A stretch of 64,000 nucleotides of DNA. Source: Verrucomicrobiia bacterium. GTDB taxonomy: Bacteria; Verrucomicrobiota; Verrucomicrobiia; Limisphaerales; UBA1319. The position numbers were made by a program, and so were the translations under genes. Location of the stretch: contig OY760937.1 in NCBI GenBank assembly GCA_963664225.1, positions 1,888,001-1,952,000 on the forward strand, read 5' to 3'. The notes below the pieces were generated by a model that saw nothing but the letters and a program-made list of their open reading frames with translations, was not told the DNA's origin and searched no databases. Of the stretch, positions 17,881 through 27,666 are shown piece after piece (position 1 is the first letter of the stretch; each line of letters begins with the position of its first letter).

Positions 17881-19656
17881 TTACCGATTTCCGTTCCGCC
17901 ACCGTTCCCAATCCGACAGAAACACTTGATCCGGCAAGACATCCGACCAGGCATTGCGCAAAGGGAACCCCACTGGCACACTTCCCTTAAGCAGGCTCTC
18001 CAAAACGAACTGGCCCCATGATCGGTCATCTCCTTTGACCAATCGTGTCAAAAAGCGTTCATCCAAAGTTAAATGCGTTAAATATAGTCCTTTGATCGGC
18101 TTTTGTAAGTCGTTTATGCTGAAGAAGTCGGGCTTTATTCTCATCGTCAGCCAAATGGTTTCCCGACGCCCATACCAGGCCACCGCCCAGGGCATGTCGC
18201 TCATCATCACTTCATTGGTCTCCAGATACCCCGCCGTCTTTTGAATCAGCCAGGGATAATACGGTGGATAGCTGATCGGATAGGTCTTTGGCGGCAGCAG
18301 CGTCAGAGCCATCGGCGCGCAAAGAATTATCCCGGCCAGACTGAGAATCCAAGTCCGAGCGCTCGGAAAGGGCAATTCCAAGCTGTCCAGGAGCACCATG
18401 AACAAAGCCGCGCCGAACATGATGACCAGGGGTCCGAAGATCGCCAATAAATTTTCCGAACGCACCTCGACCACGCCGTCAGTCAGCCATGTTTGAGTCA
18501 AGGCCTGCACCACGACAAAAATCAGGAGGCTGAACACCAGAAAATAGCGCAACCGCGATAAACCCGCCCGTTTAAAGGGCATCATCAGCCCCACCAGGAA
18601 CAACGCGGACACCCAGCTTCCGCAAATATTTGCCAGTTCGAGACGAATGATATGGCGGGCATTGCCAACAAGTTTGCGCAACCCGTCATCGACCAGGCTC
18701 ACATTCAGCAGCGCATCGTCAATCTTAAGGGACCGTTCAATCGTCGCCTCCTGCAAACCAGGCATTCCCTGATTGACCGCATAGCCGGCCGTGCCAAAAA
18801 GTGTGCCGCTGATCTGATAATTGCGCGCCAGCCACGGGGTCATCACAAGCGCGCAGGCCAGCAAGGCCAGGGGCAACGTTACCGGGCGCTGCTTTCCACC
18901 AAAGACCGCCAGAAACAACACGGCGGGGAGCAACAACCATACCATCGAATACTGCGTCATGGCCGCAGTTCCAATCAGCGAGCCCACCGTTATCGCCATA
19001 ACGGCGAACCATGTGGTCGAATGCGCCTGCTCCTCTCTGACTGCGGATTCAATGCGGGTCAAACATTCGACAAGCGCCAGAACCAGCACAATCAGCAACA
19101 TCGTTGGCAAACCAGAAATGCTGAAGTGCCAGTAGAGGCTCGTGCAGACGAACAAAATGGCCGAAAACCAGGCCACGCTCCGGTCAAACAGGCGTAGGGA
19201 GAGTCGAAAGAGCATCCATGCGGCCAGAGCAAACCATAATTGGTTGAACAAAGCGATGTAAAACTCCGGCTGGTATCGGATCAACTGCTGGTTTTGAGGG
19301 ATCACCCATTGCATGGGGATGATTTTCATCCAGCCTGCCAGGAGATAAGGATAGACGGGCGGATAGGTCAAATCCGGGACCGCTGTCTTCAGCACATTGG
19401 GATTGCCCCCCTGCTGCTTCTCGAGCATGCCGATGACCAATGGACGCACGCAATCCGTCACGAAGCCCTTGCCTTCGGAAATGTTTCGGGCCACCTGTGA
19501 CATGTCCATGGCTTCGGGGGCGGTGAAATTCCGGAATTCCCGCAAATCATAGATCGCCGCCATGGCGAGCAGGGCCAGGAATACCGCAGCCAATTTGATG
19601 ATCCGCACGCCTTCGCCCTCTTCAAATTTGTGAATTATTTCTTGTAATGGAAGCAT
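17881..19656 (-). CDS. GT-C fold membrane glycosyltransferase (GT39/PMT/ArnT-like)
   Basis: N-terminal TM, EAMDMSQVARNI..GKGF, YPPVYP, about 12 TMs, PWLARNY..SG, MSDMPWAVAWYG. Confidence 0.8.
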   Translation of the reverse strand: MLPLQEIIHKFEEGEGVRIIKLAAVFLALLAMAAIYDLREFRNFTAPEAMDMSQVARNISEGKGFVTDCVRPLVIGMLEKQQGGNPNVLKTAVPDLTYPPVYPYLLAGWMKIIPMQWVIPQNQQLIRYQPEFYIALFNQLWFALAAWMLFRLSLRLFDRSVAWFSAILFVCTSLYWHFSISGLPTMLLIVLVLALVECLTRIESAVREEQAHSTTWFAVMAITVGSLIGTAAMTQYSMVWLLLPAVLFLAVFGGKQRPVTLPLALLACALVMTPWLARNYQISGTLFGTAGYAVNQGMPGLQEATIERSLKIDDALLNVSLVDDGLRKLVGNARHIIRLELANICGSWVSALFLVGLMMPFKRAGLSRLRYFLVFSLLIFVVVQALTQTWLTDGVVEVRSENLLAIFGPLVIMFGAALFMVLLDSLELPFPSARTWILSLAGIILCAPMALTLLPPKTYPISYPPYYPWLIQKTAGYLETNEVMMSDMPWAVAWYGRRETIWLTMRIKPDFFSINDLQKPIKGLYLTHLTLDERFLTRLVKGDDRSWGQFVLESLLKGSVPVGFPLRNAWSDVLPDQVFLSDWERWRNGNR

Positions 19657-19657
19657 A

Positions 19658-21031
19658 TTAAAACCCTTCTAAATGGTAGGTATGGAGTTTGCGATGGAGC
19701 GTGCGGCGACTCACGCCGATTTGCCTGGCCGCCTGAGATCGATTTCCCCCGCATTCGTCCAGGGCGCGCGCGATCAGTTTCTTTTCGGCCTCCTGCACCG
19801 TCAGGGAACCCTCCGGCAGTGCGGCAGCGTCGGGCTGAATCACACCGGCGCCAGCGGCCTTGCGCACCGTGGCAGGCAGATCCCGAAGTGCGATCTTGTC
19901 TCCCCGGCAAAAAACAACCGAATGTTCGATGGCTGTGTGCAATTCGCGCACATTTCCCGGCCAGGAATAACCCATGAGGGCCTCCAGGGCTTCGGGTGCA
20001 ATGCCGGTGACTTTCTTGCCGTTCTCGCGCGCCATGTCCCGAACGAATGCGTTGGCGAGCAATGGAACGTCGTCCAACCGCGCGCGCAACGGCGGTAGCG
20101 TGATTTCCACCACACTCAAACGAAAGAACAAGTCCTCGCGGAATGTTCCCGCCTTGACCAGTTCCTTGAGATTCTTATTGGTGGCCGCCACCACTCGAAC
20201 ATCCGCAGTGAGGGTTTGATTGGACCCCACCCTTTCGTAGGTTCGCTCGCCCAGGAAACGGAGCAGCTTCACCTGCACGGCGGCGTCGATTTCCCCAATC
20301 TCGTCCAAAAACAGCGTGCCGCCCTGGGCCTGTTCAAAACGCCCCATATGCCGCTCGTGCGCGCCGGTGAACGCCCCTTTTTCATGGCCGAAAAGCTCAC
20401 TTTCGAGCAGCGTCGGGCTCAACGCGGCGCAATGGACCGTGACCAGGGGATTTCTCGCCCTCGGACTCAGTTGGTGAATGGCTTTGGCGATCAGTTCCTT
20501 GCCCGTGCCGCTCTCCCCCAGTATCAGCACCGTCGCCCGGGTGGGGGCCACCTGCTGCACGATCTCAAAAACGTCTCGCATCGGCTGGGATTCGCCCACC
20601 ATGTTTTCCAGGCCGAACTTGGTATCCAACTGCTGGTGAAGGCTTTCGTTTTCCGTTTCCAGACTTTGCTGGCGCAGCACTCGGCTGATGCGCATCTCCA
20701 GTTCGTCGATCTGCAACCGGCCCTTGGCCACATAATCGTCCGCCCCCTGTTTCATGGCCTCGACCGCCACCTCTTCGGAGCCGTAGGCGGTCATCAGGAT
20801 GCATACTGGCGGACGTCGCAAGGATTTGGCGCGGCGGATCAACTTCATGCCGTCCTCCTTGGGGAGGCGCAGATCGGTCAGCAACACGTTGAAACGCTCC
20901 CGTTCCAGCAATTCCATGGCGGAGGCGGCGTCCTCGCTCACATACACGTCGTAGTGATCCTCCAACGCGGAACGCAAACCTTCGCGCGTGGTTTTCTCAT
21001 CATCGACAATCAGCAGGCTGGGTTTCTTCAT
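19658..21031 (-). CDS. Sigma54-dependent response regulator (NtrC/PilR-like bEBP)
   Basis: [42 protein letters not shown], Fis-type HTH. Confidence 0.97.
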   Translation of the reverse strand: MKKPSLLIVDDEKTTREGLRSALEDHYDVYVSEDAASAMELLERERFNVLLTDLRLPKEDGMKLIRRAKSLRRPPVCILMTAYGSEEVAVEAMKQGADDYVAKGRLQIDELEMRISRVLRQQSLETENESLHQQLDTKFGLENMVGESQPMRDVFEIVQQVAPTRATVLILGESGTGKELIAKAIHQLSPRARNPLVTVHCAALSPTLLESELFGHEKGAFTGAHERHMGRFEQAQGGTLFLDEIGEIDAAVQVKLLRFLGERTYERVGSNQTLTADVRVVAATNKNLKELVKAGTFREDLFFRLSVVEITLPPLRARLDDVPLLANAFVRDMARENGKKVTGIAPEALEALMGYSWPGNVRELHTAIEHSVVFCRGDKIALRDLPATVRKAAGAGVIQPDAAALPEGSLTVQEAEKKLIARALDECGGNRSQAARQIGVSRRTLHRKLHTYHLEGF

Positions 21032-21032
21032 G

Positions 21033-22295
21033 TCAATCAGGGAGGCGCGCCTCCAAAAGCCGGGGTTGCGGTTCATGCATGGGCAGACGGACGCGGAATG
21101 TGGTGCCCTGGCCAACCCGGCTCTCCACCTCGATGCGCCCGCCGTGGGCCCGAATGATGCGTTGGACGATCATCAAGCCCAGGCCCGAACCTTTGGCTTT
21201 GGTCGTGTAATAAGGTTCGAAGAGGCGCTTGATCGTTTCCTGGGGAATGCCGCCGCCGGTGTCGTTGACACTGAACCAGACATCATCGCCCTCGTGTCCG
21301 GTGGCCACCGTCAATTCACCACCCTTGGTCATCGCCTGCATCGCATTTTTCATCAGGTTGACGAGCACTTGCGTGATCTGTGCCGAATCCAACGGCGCCA
21401 GTGGGAGGGCGCGGGTGAGTTTTTCATTCACATACAAACCACGATTCTCCAATTCCGGCTTCAGCAGGGCCAGTGCGCCGCCCACCACATCGTTGAGCGA
21501 GGCCAGATTCAGCCGCAACGGCGTGGGCCGGATGGCCTGTAAAAATTGGGTGATGATATAGTCCAAGCGGGTCAACTCCCCTTTGGCCACGCCCAAAAAG
21601 CGCTCCATCTGGCGGACGGCATCCCGGGCGACTGCCGTCGATTTTCCGCCGGAACGGGATCGCAACACTTCTTTGAACGATGCGGATTGGTTCGCACCAA
21701 CGGCTGCCGATATTTTATTTAACTCTCTCTCCATCAATTGGATGTGAATGTTCAACGCGTTGAGCGGGTTGCCGATTTCATGCGCCACGCTCGCCGCCAG
21801 CAGAGTCAGGGCCTGCACACGCTCGCTTTCGATGGCCTCAAAGGTCTTTTGTCGCGCCTCCGTGGCGTCATGCAGGATCAAGGCCAGGCCGCCCTCTGCC
21901 CCCTTGATGCTGCCTTCCAACGGGGCGGCGTAGAGGCGCAGGAACCGGGGCATCGGATAGTTGATTTCAAATTCATGGCGCGAAACGCCCCGCGCCCCCT
22001 CCGGATCAGGAGTGCAGAGGTGCTCCCAATTCAACCCGGGCAAATACCGCGCAATGGGCTGCCCCTCGGCTGTGTCCTGGCGCAATCCGATCAGATTGGT
22101 GACCGCCTGGTTGAAATAGAGAATCGATCCTGAGCGATCAACCACGATGACGCCGTCTTCAATCGTGTTAAAGAGCACCTCCAGGAAACTTCTCTCATTG
22201 GCCAGACGCTCCACCACGGTCTGCAATCCCTCGGGATTGAGCCGGTCGATGCGGCCAAGCAGCTTGCCTAGAAAACTGGATTTTGGAGAGGCCAC
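21033..22295 (-). CDS. Cytoplasmic PAS sensor histidine kinase (NtrB-like)
   Basis: PAS, AHEIGNPL, NLMKNA, DTGGGI, GSGLGL; adjacent to bEBP. Confidence 0.95.
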   Translation of the reverse strand: MASPKSSFLGKLLGRIDRLNPEGLQTVVERLANERSFLEVLFNTIEDGVIVVDRSGSILYFNQAVTNLIGLRQDTAEGQPIARYLPGLNWEHLCTPDPEGARGVSRHEFEINYPMPRFLRLYAAPLEGSIKGAEGGLALILHDATEARQKTFEAIESERVQALTLLAASVAHEIGNPLNALNIHIQLMERELNKISAAVGANQSASFKEVLRSRSGGKSTAVARDAVRQMERFLGVAKGELTRLDYIITQFLQAIRPTPLRLNLASLNDVVGGALALLKPELENRGLYVNEKLTRALPLAPLDSAQITQVLVNLMKNAMQAMTKGGELTVATGHEGDDVWFSVNDTGGGIPQETIKRLFEPYYTTKAKGSGLGLMIVQRIIRAHGGRIEVESRVGQGTTFRVRLPMHEPQPRLLEARLPD

Positions 22296-22301
22296 AAGCG
22301 T

Positions 22302-23300
22302 TTATACCCACTTCTTCTTCTTGAAATACAGATAGGTCGCCAGAGTCGAAACCACCGTGATCCCCATCGCCAGCCAATAGCCATACCGCCACTTGACCTC
22401 AGGCAGTTCCGTAAAATTCATTCCATACCAGGTCCCCACCATCATTAAAGGCGTCGTGATGACGGTAATCATGGTCAATAGCTTTACCACCTCCCCGGTC
22501 TGATTCGAGGACATGTTCAAATAGACCTGAAGAATGCCCGTCAGCGAATCGGCGTAATTCTGGGACAGCTCGGAAATATGAAACAGCCCGTCGTAAACGT
22601 CCCGGTAATAAGGCACCATGTGCGCCCGTATCATCTTGAAGTCACCGCGCGCAAACCGGGCCAGCACTTCCCGCTGCGGCCCCACGATCTGACGCAGGTG
22701 GAGCACTTCCTTTTTGATTTTGATGATCTTGTTCAATACGGAGACGTTGGAATGCTGGAGCACCTGCTGCTCCAATTCGCCAATCTCCAGCGAGAAAGCG
22801 TCCAGCGCCGGTTTGTAGTTGTCCACAATCCCGTCGAGCAGCGTGTGCGCAACACGGTCTGGCGCGCGCGCGATATGCACCGTGCTCTTCATGCAACGCT
22901 CTTCGGTGGCTTGGACGCTTTTTAATGGGACGGTGTGGTAGGTGACCAGAAAGTTTTTTCCGAGGAAGAAATCCAGCTCCTGCGTTGCAAATCCGCCGTC
23001 CTTCTTATTGTAATCGACCGCGTGGATCACCATGAACAGGTAGGGAGCAAACCTATCCTCTTCTCGTGGAGTATATTCCTCGACCTTGGGAGAGGAGCTA
23101 ACAGTGACGCAATCCTCGATCGAAAGGGGATGGAAATGAAAGACGTCCTCGAGAATGCATTTGACCTCTTCGGGGGTCGCATTTTCAAGGTCCACCCACA
23201 AAAAGAGATTTGTGTCCGCCAATAGGGTCGGCATCAGAAAGACTTCCAAGTCTTTGCTGTGCAAGCGGCCCTGAGTTGTGAACGCAAATGAACGAACCAT
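22302..23300 (-). CDS. corA: CorA family Mg2+/Co2+ transporter
   Basis: WVDL, FHFHPLSIED, YGMNF signature, two C-terminal TMs. Confidence 0.95.
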   Translation of the reverse strand: MVRSFAFTTQGRLHSKDLEVFLMPTLLADTNLFLWVDLENATPEEVKCILEDVFHFHPLSIEDCVTVSSSPKVEEYTPREEDRFAPYLFMVIHAVDYNKKDGGFATQELDFFLGKNFLVTYHTVPLKSVQATEERCMKSTVHIARAPDRVAHTLLDGIVDNYKPALDAFSLEIGELEQQVLQHSNVSVLNKIIKIKKEVLHLRQIVGPQREVLARFARGDFKMIRAHMVPYYRDVYDGLFHISELSQNYADSLTGILQVYLNMSSNQTGEVVKLLTMITVITTPLMMVGTWYGMNFTELPEVKWRYGYWLAMGITVVSTLATYLYFKKKKWV

Positions 23301-23516
23301 ATATTCGGAGGCGGACCGCCTTTAGGGCTCCGCGCCATGTTGGCACACAGAATAGACAGGACTCCTTGTATGGCAAGCGCAGATTGTGTGACAAAATGAA
23401 CCACTTCTCGCCTGGATTTCAAAAAAAACAGTTCTTACTGCGTTCCCCAAAAACGGGCGCTTCTGCAATCAAGGCTTGGGTTTTTTCGCGCCCGGTGTCA
23501 TAGTGATCCCTGGATT

Positions 23517-24290
23517 ATGCTGGCAAAAAGAGTCATACCGTGTCTGGACGTTCATGCGGGCCAGGTGACGCGAGGAGTGCAATTCGGCAAGGCCGAGGCG
23601 GGGGAACTGCGCAATGTGGGCGATCCGGTGCAACTGGCGCTGTCTTACAATGCGCAGGGGGCGGACGAAATGGTGTTTTACGACATCACGGCCAGCGCCC
23701 ACGGACGAACCACGATGGTGGAAGTCATTCAACGCGTCGCGGACCAGTGTTTCATGCCGCTGACCGTGGGGGGCGGCATCCGGGCCATTGAAGACATGAG
23801 CATCATGCTCAAGGCGGGCGCCGACAAGGTCAGCATCAATTCCAGCGCCCTGTCCACGCCGGACCTGATTCGCGCCGGGGCGGAGAAATTCGGCAGCCAG
23901 TGCATTGTGGTTTCCATCGACGCCAAGAAGACCGGGCCGGACACCTGGGAGGTTTATTCGCATGGGGGACGCAAGCCGACGGGATTGCAGGCGGTGGATT
24001 GGGCGGTGCGGGCAGTGACACTGGGCGCGGGGGAGATCGTGCTCAACAGCATCGATGCGGACGGGACCAAGGCGGGTTACGACCTGGTGATCACCTCGCG
24101 GATCAGCGAGGCGGTTGGGGTTCCGGTGGTGGCCAGCGGCGGTGCGGGCAATCTGGATCACATGGTGGCGGTGCTGCGGGAGGGCAAGGCGGACGCGGTG
24201 CTGGCGGCGAGCATTTTTCACTTTGGCACGTACACGGTCGGGGACGTGAAAAAATACCTGGCCAGGCATTCCATTCCCGTACGCTCATAA
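23517..24290 (+). CDS. hisF: Imidazole glycerol phosphate synthase cyclase subunit
   Basis: [58 protein letters not shown]. Confidence 0.98.
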   Translation: MLAKRVIPCLDVHAGQVTRGVQFGKAEAGELRNVGDPVQLALSYNAQGADEMVFYDITASAHGRTTMVEVIQRVADQCFMPLTVGGGIRAIEDMSIMLKAGADKVSINSSALSTPDLIRAGAEKFGSQCIVVSIDAKKTGPDTWEVYSHGGRKPTGLQAVDWAVRAVTLGAGEIVLNSIDADGTKAGYDLVITSRISEAVGVPVVASGGAGNLDHMVAVLREGKADAVLAASIFHFGTYTVGDVKKYLARHSIPVRS

Positions 24291-24304
24291 AGCTCCTGAT
24301 TCCC

Positions 24305-24664
24305 ATGACTGCAATTTCAATACCCATTGCCCGGGTTCTCCCGGTGTTTTTACTGGTGTCGTCGAATGTGTTCATGACCTTTGCGTGGTATGGGCACTTG
24401 AAATTCCGGAGCGCGCCCCTGTGGCTGGCGATTCTGGCCAGTTGGGGGATTGCCTTTTTCGAATACACCCTCATGGTGCCCGCGAACCGGGTGGGCTACC
24501 GTGTCTATAGCGCCACGGAGCTAAAAATCATTCAGGAGGTTATTACCTTGTGCGTCTTTGCCTGTTTTGCCATTTTTTATCTCGGTGAAAGTTTGCGCTG
24601 GAATCACCTGGCGGCCTTTGTCTGTATTTTAGCGGCGGTTGCCTTTACCTTTATACCCAAATGA
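24305..24664 (+). CDS. DMT family small membrane protein (DUF486-like)
   Basis: [40 protein letters not shown]; true start ATG 24305 within the longer ORF. Confidence 0.92.
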   Translation: MTAISIPIARVLPVFLLVSSNVFMTFAWYGHLKFRSAPLWLAILASWGIAFFEYTLMVPANRVGYRVYSATELKIIQEVITLCVFACFAIFYLGESLRWNHLAAFVCILAAVAFTFIPK

Positions 24665-25053
24665 GCAGCTTTATTGACGGATTGAAGTTTGGCGCGGATG
24701 GATTGCTCCCCGCGATTGTGCAGGATCATGTCAGCGGCCGGGTGCTGATGCTGGCCTACATGAACCGCGAATCGGTGCAAAAGACGCTGGAACTGGGAAA
24801 GACCGTCTTTTGGAGCCGCTCGCGCAAAAAGTTCTGGATCAAAGGCGAAACGAGCGGGCATTTCCAGGTGGTCAAGGACATCGCGTTCGACTGCGATGGC
24901 GACGCGCTGCTCATTCAAGTGGAGCAGACGGGGCCGGCATGCCACGAAGGTTATCGCTCGTGCTTCTTTCGCTCGGTCAATGACGGTGGAAAGAAAATCG
25001 TCACGACCGAGGAGCGCATGGTCGATCCCGAAAAGATTTACGGGAAAAAGTAA
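24661..25053 (+). CDS. hisI: Phosphoribosyl-AMP cyclohydrolase
   Basis: [36 protein letters not shown]. Confidence 0.97.
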   Translation: MSSFIDGLKFGADGLLPAIVQDHVSGRVLMLAYMNRESVQKTLELGKTVFWSRSRKKFWIKGETSGHFQVVKDIAFDCDGDALLIQVEQTGPACHEGYRSCFFRSVNDGGKKIVTTEERMVDPEKIYGKK

Positions 25054-25580
25054 TGGAAGACCGTGTCGCATTCGGCGGCGGGTATTATTTGATTTGCCTG
25101 GCCCTGCTGATGGTGGCACGGGGCATGGATTTTTTAAGCACATGGATTGCGACGCCCAACCTGGTGCTGGAAGCCAACCCAATTGCCAAGAAATTGGGCT
25201 GGAAGCTGGGGGTCGTGATCAATGTCGTTCTGTGCGCCACATTCGCCTTGTGGCCGCTGCCGGCGATCGTCATCGCCACCACGAGCATTCTGGTGGCCGC
25301 CCGCAATTTTCAATCGGCATGGCTGATGCGCACGATGGGCGAGGAGCAATATCGCGGTTTCATGGCGGAGCAGATGTCCTATACCCCGTTCGGCCTTTAC
25401 CTGTTCTGTCTGGGATTCCAAACCGTCCTTTACCTGGTCATCGGTCTGGCGCTTGTTTTTTTCGACGATTCACAACTCGTGCCCTTTGCGGTGGGCATGG
25501 GCATGGTGGCCTATGCCATGGCCGTGGCCTTTTACAGCCTGCTGGCGGCGCGCCGCCATCGCCATCCACCCGAATGTTAG
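25053..25580 (+). CDS. Hypothetical integral membrane protein (DFLST...EANP motif)
   Basis: Several TM segments; translationally coupled to hisI (TAATG). Confidence 0.75.
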   Translation: MEDRVAFGGGYYLICLALLMVARGMDFLSTWIATPNLVLEANPIAKKLGWKLGVVINVVLCATFALWPLPAIVIATTSILVAARNFQSAWLMRTMGEEQYRGFMAEQMSYTPFGLYLFCLGFQTVLYLVIGLALVFFDDSQLVPFAVGMGMVAYAMAVAFYSLLAARRHRHPPEC

Positions 25581-25608
25581 CCGCTTTCACTTATTTCTCC
25601 TGATTGCC

Positions 25609-27111
25609 ATGTATTACCCAAGCCCGGAACAATTCGCCCAATTCGCCACGCAGGGAAATCTCATCCCGGTCACGCGCAAATTGCTGGCCGATCTGGAAAC
25701 CCCGCTCTCGGCCTACCACAAAATTCGCGGTCAGGGCGAATCCTTCCTGTTCGAGTCCGTGGAAGGCGGGGAACACCTCGGGCGCTTTTCGTTCGTGGGG
25801 AGCAATCCGCGCGCGGTGGTGCGCCAGACCGGGAACGTGGTTGAGGTGCTGTCCAAAGGGATGGTTTTGGAAAGCGCCGTGGTGGGCCGCGACATTAAGG
25901 ACGGACTGGAACTGGTGGAGCGCCTGCTCAAACGCTACCGGCCGGTCACGGTGCCGGGGCTGCCCCGGTTCACGGGCGGCGCCATCGGGTTCATCGGGTA
26001 CGAATTCATTCACGACGTGGAGCCTGTGGTCCCCCGCCCCGCGCAGGATGATCTTAAAACCCCGGTGCTTTATTATTTGATCGCGGATGAATTGCTGGTG
26101 TTCGATCGCGTGGCCCAGACGCTGACCATCATCGTCAACGCCCTCGTGGATGAGGCCACTCCGGCGGAAACCGCTTATGCGATGGCGACGGCGCGGATTG
26201 ACCATATTGTGTCGCTGCTGCGGCGTCCGCTCGAGTCGCGCCCGGTGAGCCTGCCCGAGGAAACGCCCGATTTGCCGGTGGTTTCCAATGTGAGCCGGGA
26301 GAAATTCATCGAAAACGTCAAGGCCGCCAAGAAATACATCACGGCCGGGGATATCATCCAGGTGGTGGGTTCGCAGCGGTTCTCGACCCCGATTCACGCG
26401 ACGCCCCTGGATGTCTATCGCGCCGCGCGCACGATCAATCCCTCGCCCTACATGTTTCTGCTGGAACTGGACCGGTTCTCGCTGGTGGGGGCGTCACCGG
26501 AGATTCATGTTCGGTGCGAAGAAAACGCGGTGGAAATCCGGCCCATTGCGGGGACGCGGGCCCGCGGCAAAACGTCCGAGGAAGATCTGGCGCTCGAAAG
26601 GGAGTTGCTGGCCGATCCCAAGGAACGAGCCGAGCATGTGATGCTGGTGGACCTGGCGCGCAACGACCTGGGCCGGGTGTGCGATTACGGCACGGTGCAG
26701 GTGAAGGACTTGATGATCATTGAGCGCTACAGTCATGTGATGCATATCGTCTCCCAGGTGGTGGGGCATTTGCAGAATGGGCATACGCCTTATGACCTGA
26801 TGCGCGCGACTTTTCCGGCGGGCACGCTTTCCGGCGCGCCAAAAATCCGCGCGATGCAGATCATCTCGGAACTGGAGAAGACGCAGCGCGGGCCTTATGG
26901 CGGGTGCGTGGGCTATTTTTCGTTCAACGGCAATCTGGACTGCTGCATCACGATCCGCACGGCGCTGCTCAAGGATGGCATGGCCTATGTGCAGGCGGGC
27001 GGCGGGTGGGTCAACGATTCCGATCCGCAGGCGGAGTATCAGGAGACGGTGAATAAGTCGAAGTCGATGCTCAAGGCGGTGGCGATGGCGGAGAGTTTTG
27101 CAAGGCATTAA
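25609..27111 (+). CDS. trpE: Anthranilate synthase component I
   Basis: DLETPLSAY, FLFESVEGGE, NPSPYMF, RPIAGTR, KERAEHVMLVDLARND, FPAGTLSGAPK. Confidence 0.96.
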   Translation: MYYPSPEQFAQFATQGNLIPVTRKLLADLETPLSAYHKIRGQGESFLFESVEGGEHLGRFSFVGSNPRAVVRQTGNVVEVLSKGMVLESAVVGRDIKDGLELVERLLKRYRPVTVPGLPRFTGGAIGFIGYEFIHDVEPVVPRPAQDDLKTPVLYYLIADELLVFDRVAQTLTIIVNALVDEATPAETAYAMATARIDHIVSLLRRPLESRPVSLPEETPDLPVVSNVSREKFIENVKAAKKYITAGDIIQVVGSQRFSTPIHATPLDVYRAARTINPSPYMFLLELDRFSLVGASPEIHVRCEENAVEIRPIAGTRARGKTSEEDLALERELLADPKERAEHVMLVDLARNDLGRVCDYGTVQVKDLMIIERYSHVMHIVSQVVGHLQNGHTPYDLMRATFPAGTLSGAPKIRAMQIISELEKTQRGPYGGCVGYFSFNGNLDCCITIRTALLKDGMAYVQAGGGWVNDSDPQAEYQETVNKSKSMLKAVAMAESFARH

Positions 27112-27203
27112 AGGGAGGCGGGGGAAAAAAACACGGATGAGAGAAAAAGAATTAACCGCATAGATCTCAAAGAAAAAAACGCATAAAAGGCTGAAAAGAT
27201 TTA

Positions 27204-27334
27204 TAACATGGATGTGCAGGATGGGAGGGGACTGCAAAACGGCGAACCGCTAATGGGCAGGGAATAGGCGCTAATAGGGATGTGACTTAACCGCAGGGTG
27301 AGTCCGGTAGAATTTAACATGGCTGTGCAGGATG
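27204..27334 (+). repeat. Direct repeat TAACATGG(A/C)TGTGCAGGATG (27204-27223, 27315-27334) in a purine-rich repeat mosaic
   Basis: Two 20-mers identical at 19 of 20 positions, interspersed with TTAACCGCA and CGCTAAT repeats. Confidence 0.7.
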
Positions 27335-27454
27335 TTCAGGATGGGGCAAGGTGTAGAGGCGGAGGCAGGGGCGGAATGGATAATTGATAATGGCCATTTC
27401 AGGAGACGCGCGATTTGCAACGGTTCGGCAATGCGATGGCCGAGTCGGCTGAAG

Positions 27455-27487
27455 GTAGGGACGCCGGGTCAGGGGACCCGGCCTACA
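27455..27487 (-). repeat. GTAG-type REP-like palindrome
   Basis: Minus strand TGTAG-GCCGGGTC-CCCT-GACCCGGC-GTCCCTAC. Confidence 0.6.
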
Positions 27488-27578
27488 GGATGGTGCGCCC
27501 AATAGTGCGATGAGTTGAATGGATGTAGCAGGGGTGCAGGCCTGTGAATCTGGGCGAGATTGAGGAGGATCAACGAAT

Positions 27579-27600
27579 GCAGACTGGAAATCTGCGATAC
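27579..27600. repeat. REP-like palindrome GCAGACTGGAAATCTGCGATAC
   Basis: Related copies at 30060-30100. Confidence 0.65.
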
Positions 27601-27604
27601 TTGG

Positions 27605-27637
27605 AAAAGGGGCGCATTCGTGAAGGAATGCGCCCCT
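27605..27637 (-). terminator. Intrinsic terminator of the secreted-protein gene 27667-29619
   Basis: Minus strand AGGGGCGCATTC-CTTCAC-GAATGCGCCCCT-TTT. Confidence 0.8.
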
Positions 27638-27666
27638 GTGTTGTGGATTAACGGAAGTCGAACCGT

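Noticed and set aside
20216..21157. 313 aa plus-strand ORF
   Set aside because: Antisense shadow of the sigma54 activator.
23469..24269. 266 aa minus-strand ORF, and the 23900 start for the DMT gene
   Set aside because: Both overlap hisF; the DMT homology begins only at ATG 24305.
27112..27600. Possible CRISPR array
   Set aside because: Repeats are heterogeneous, few and irregularly spaced, and no cas genes are present.
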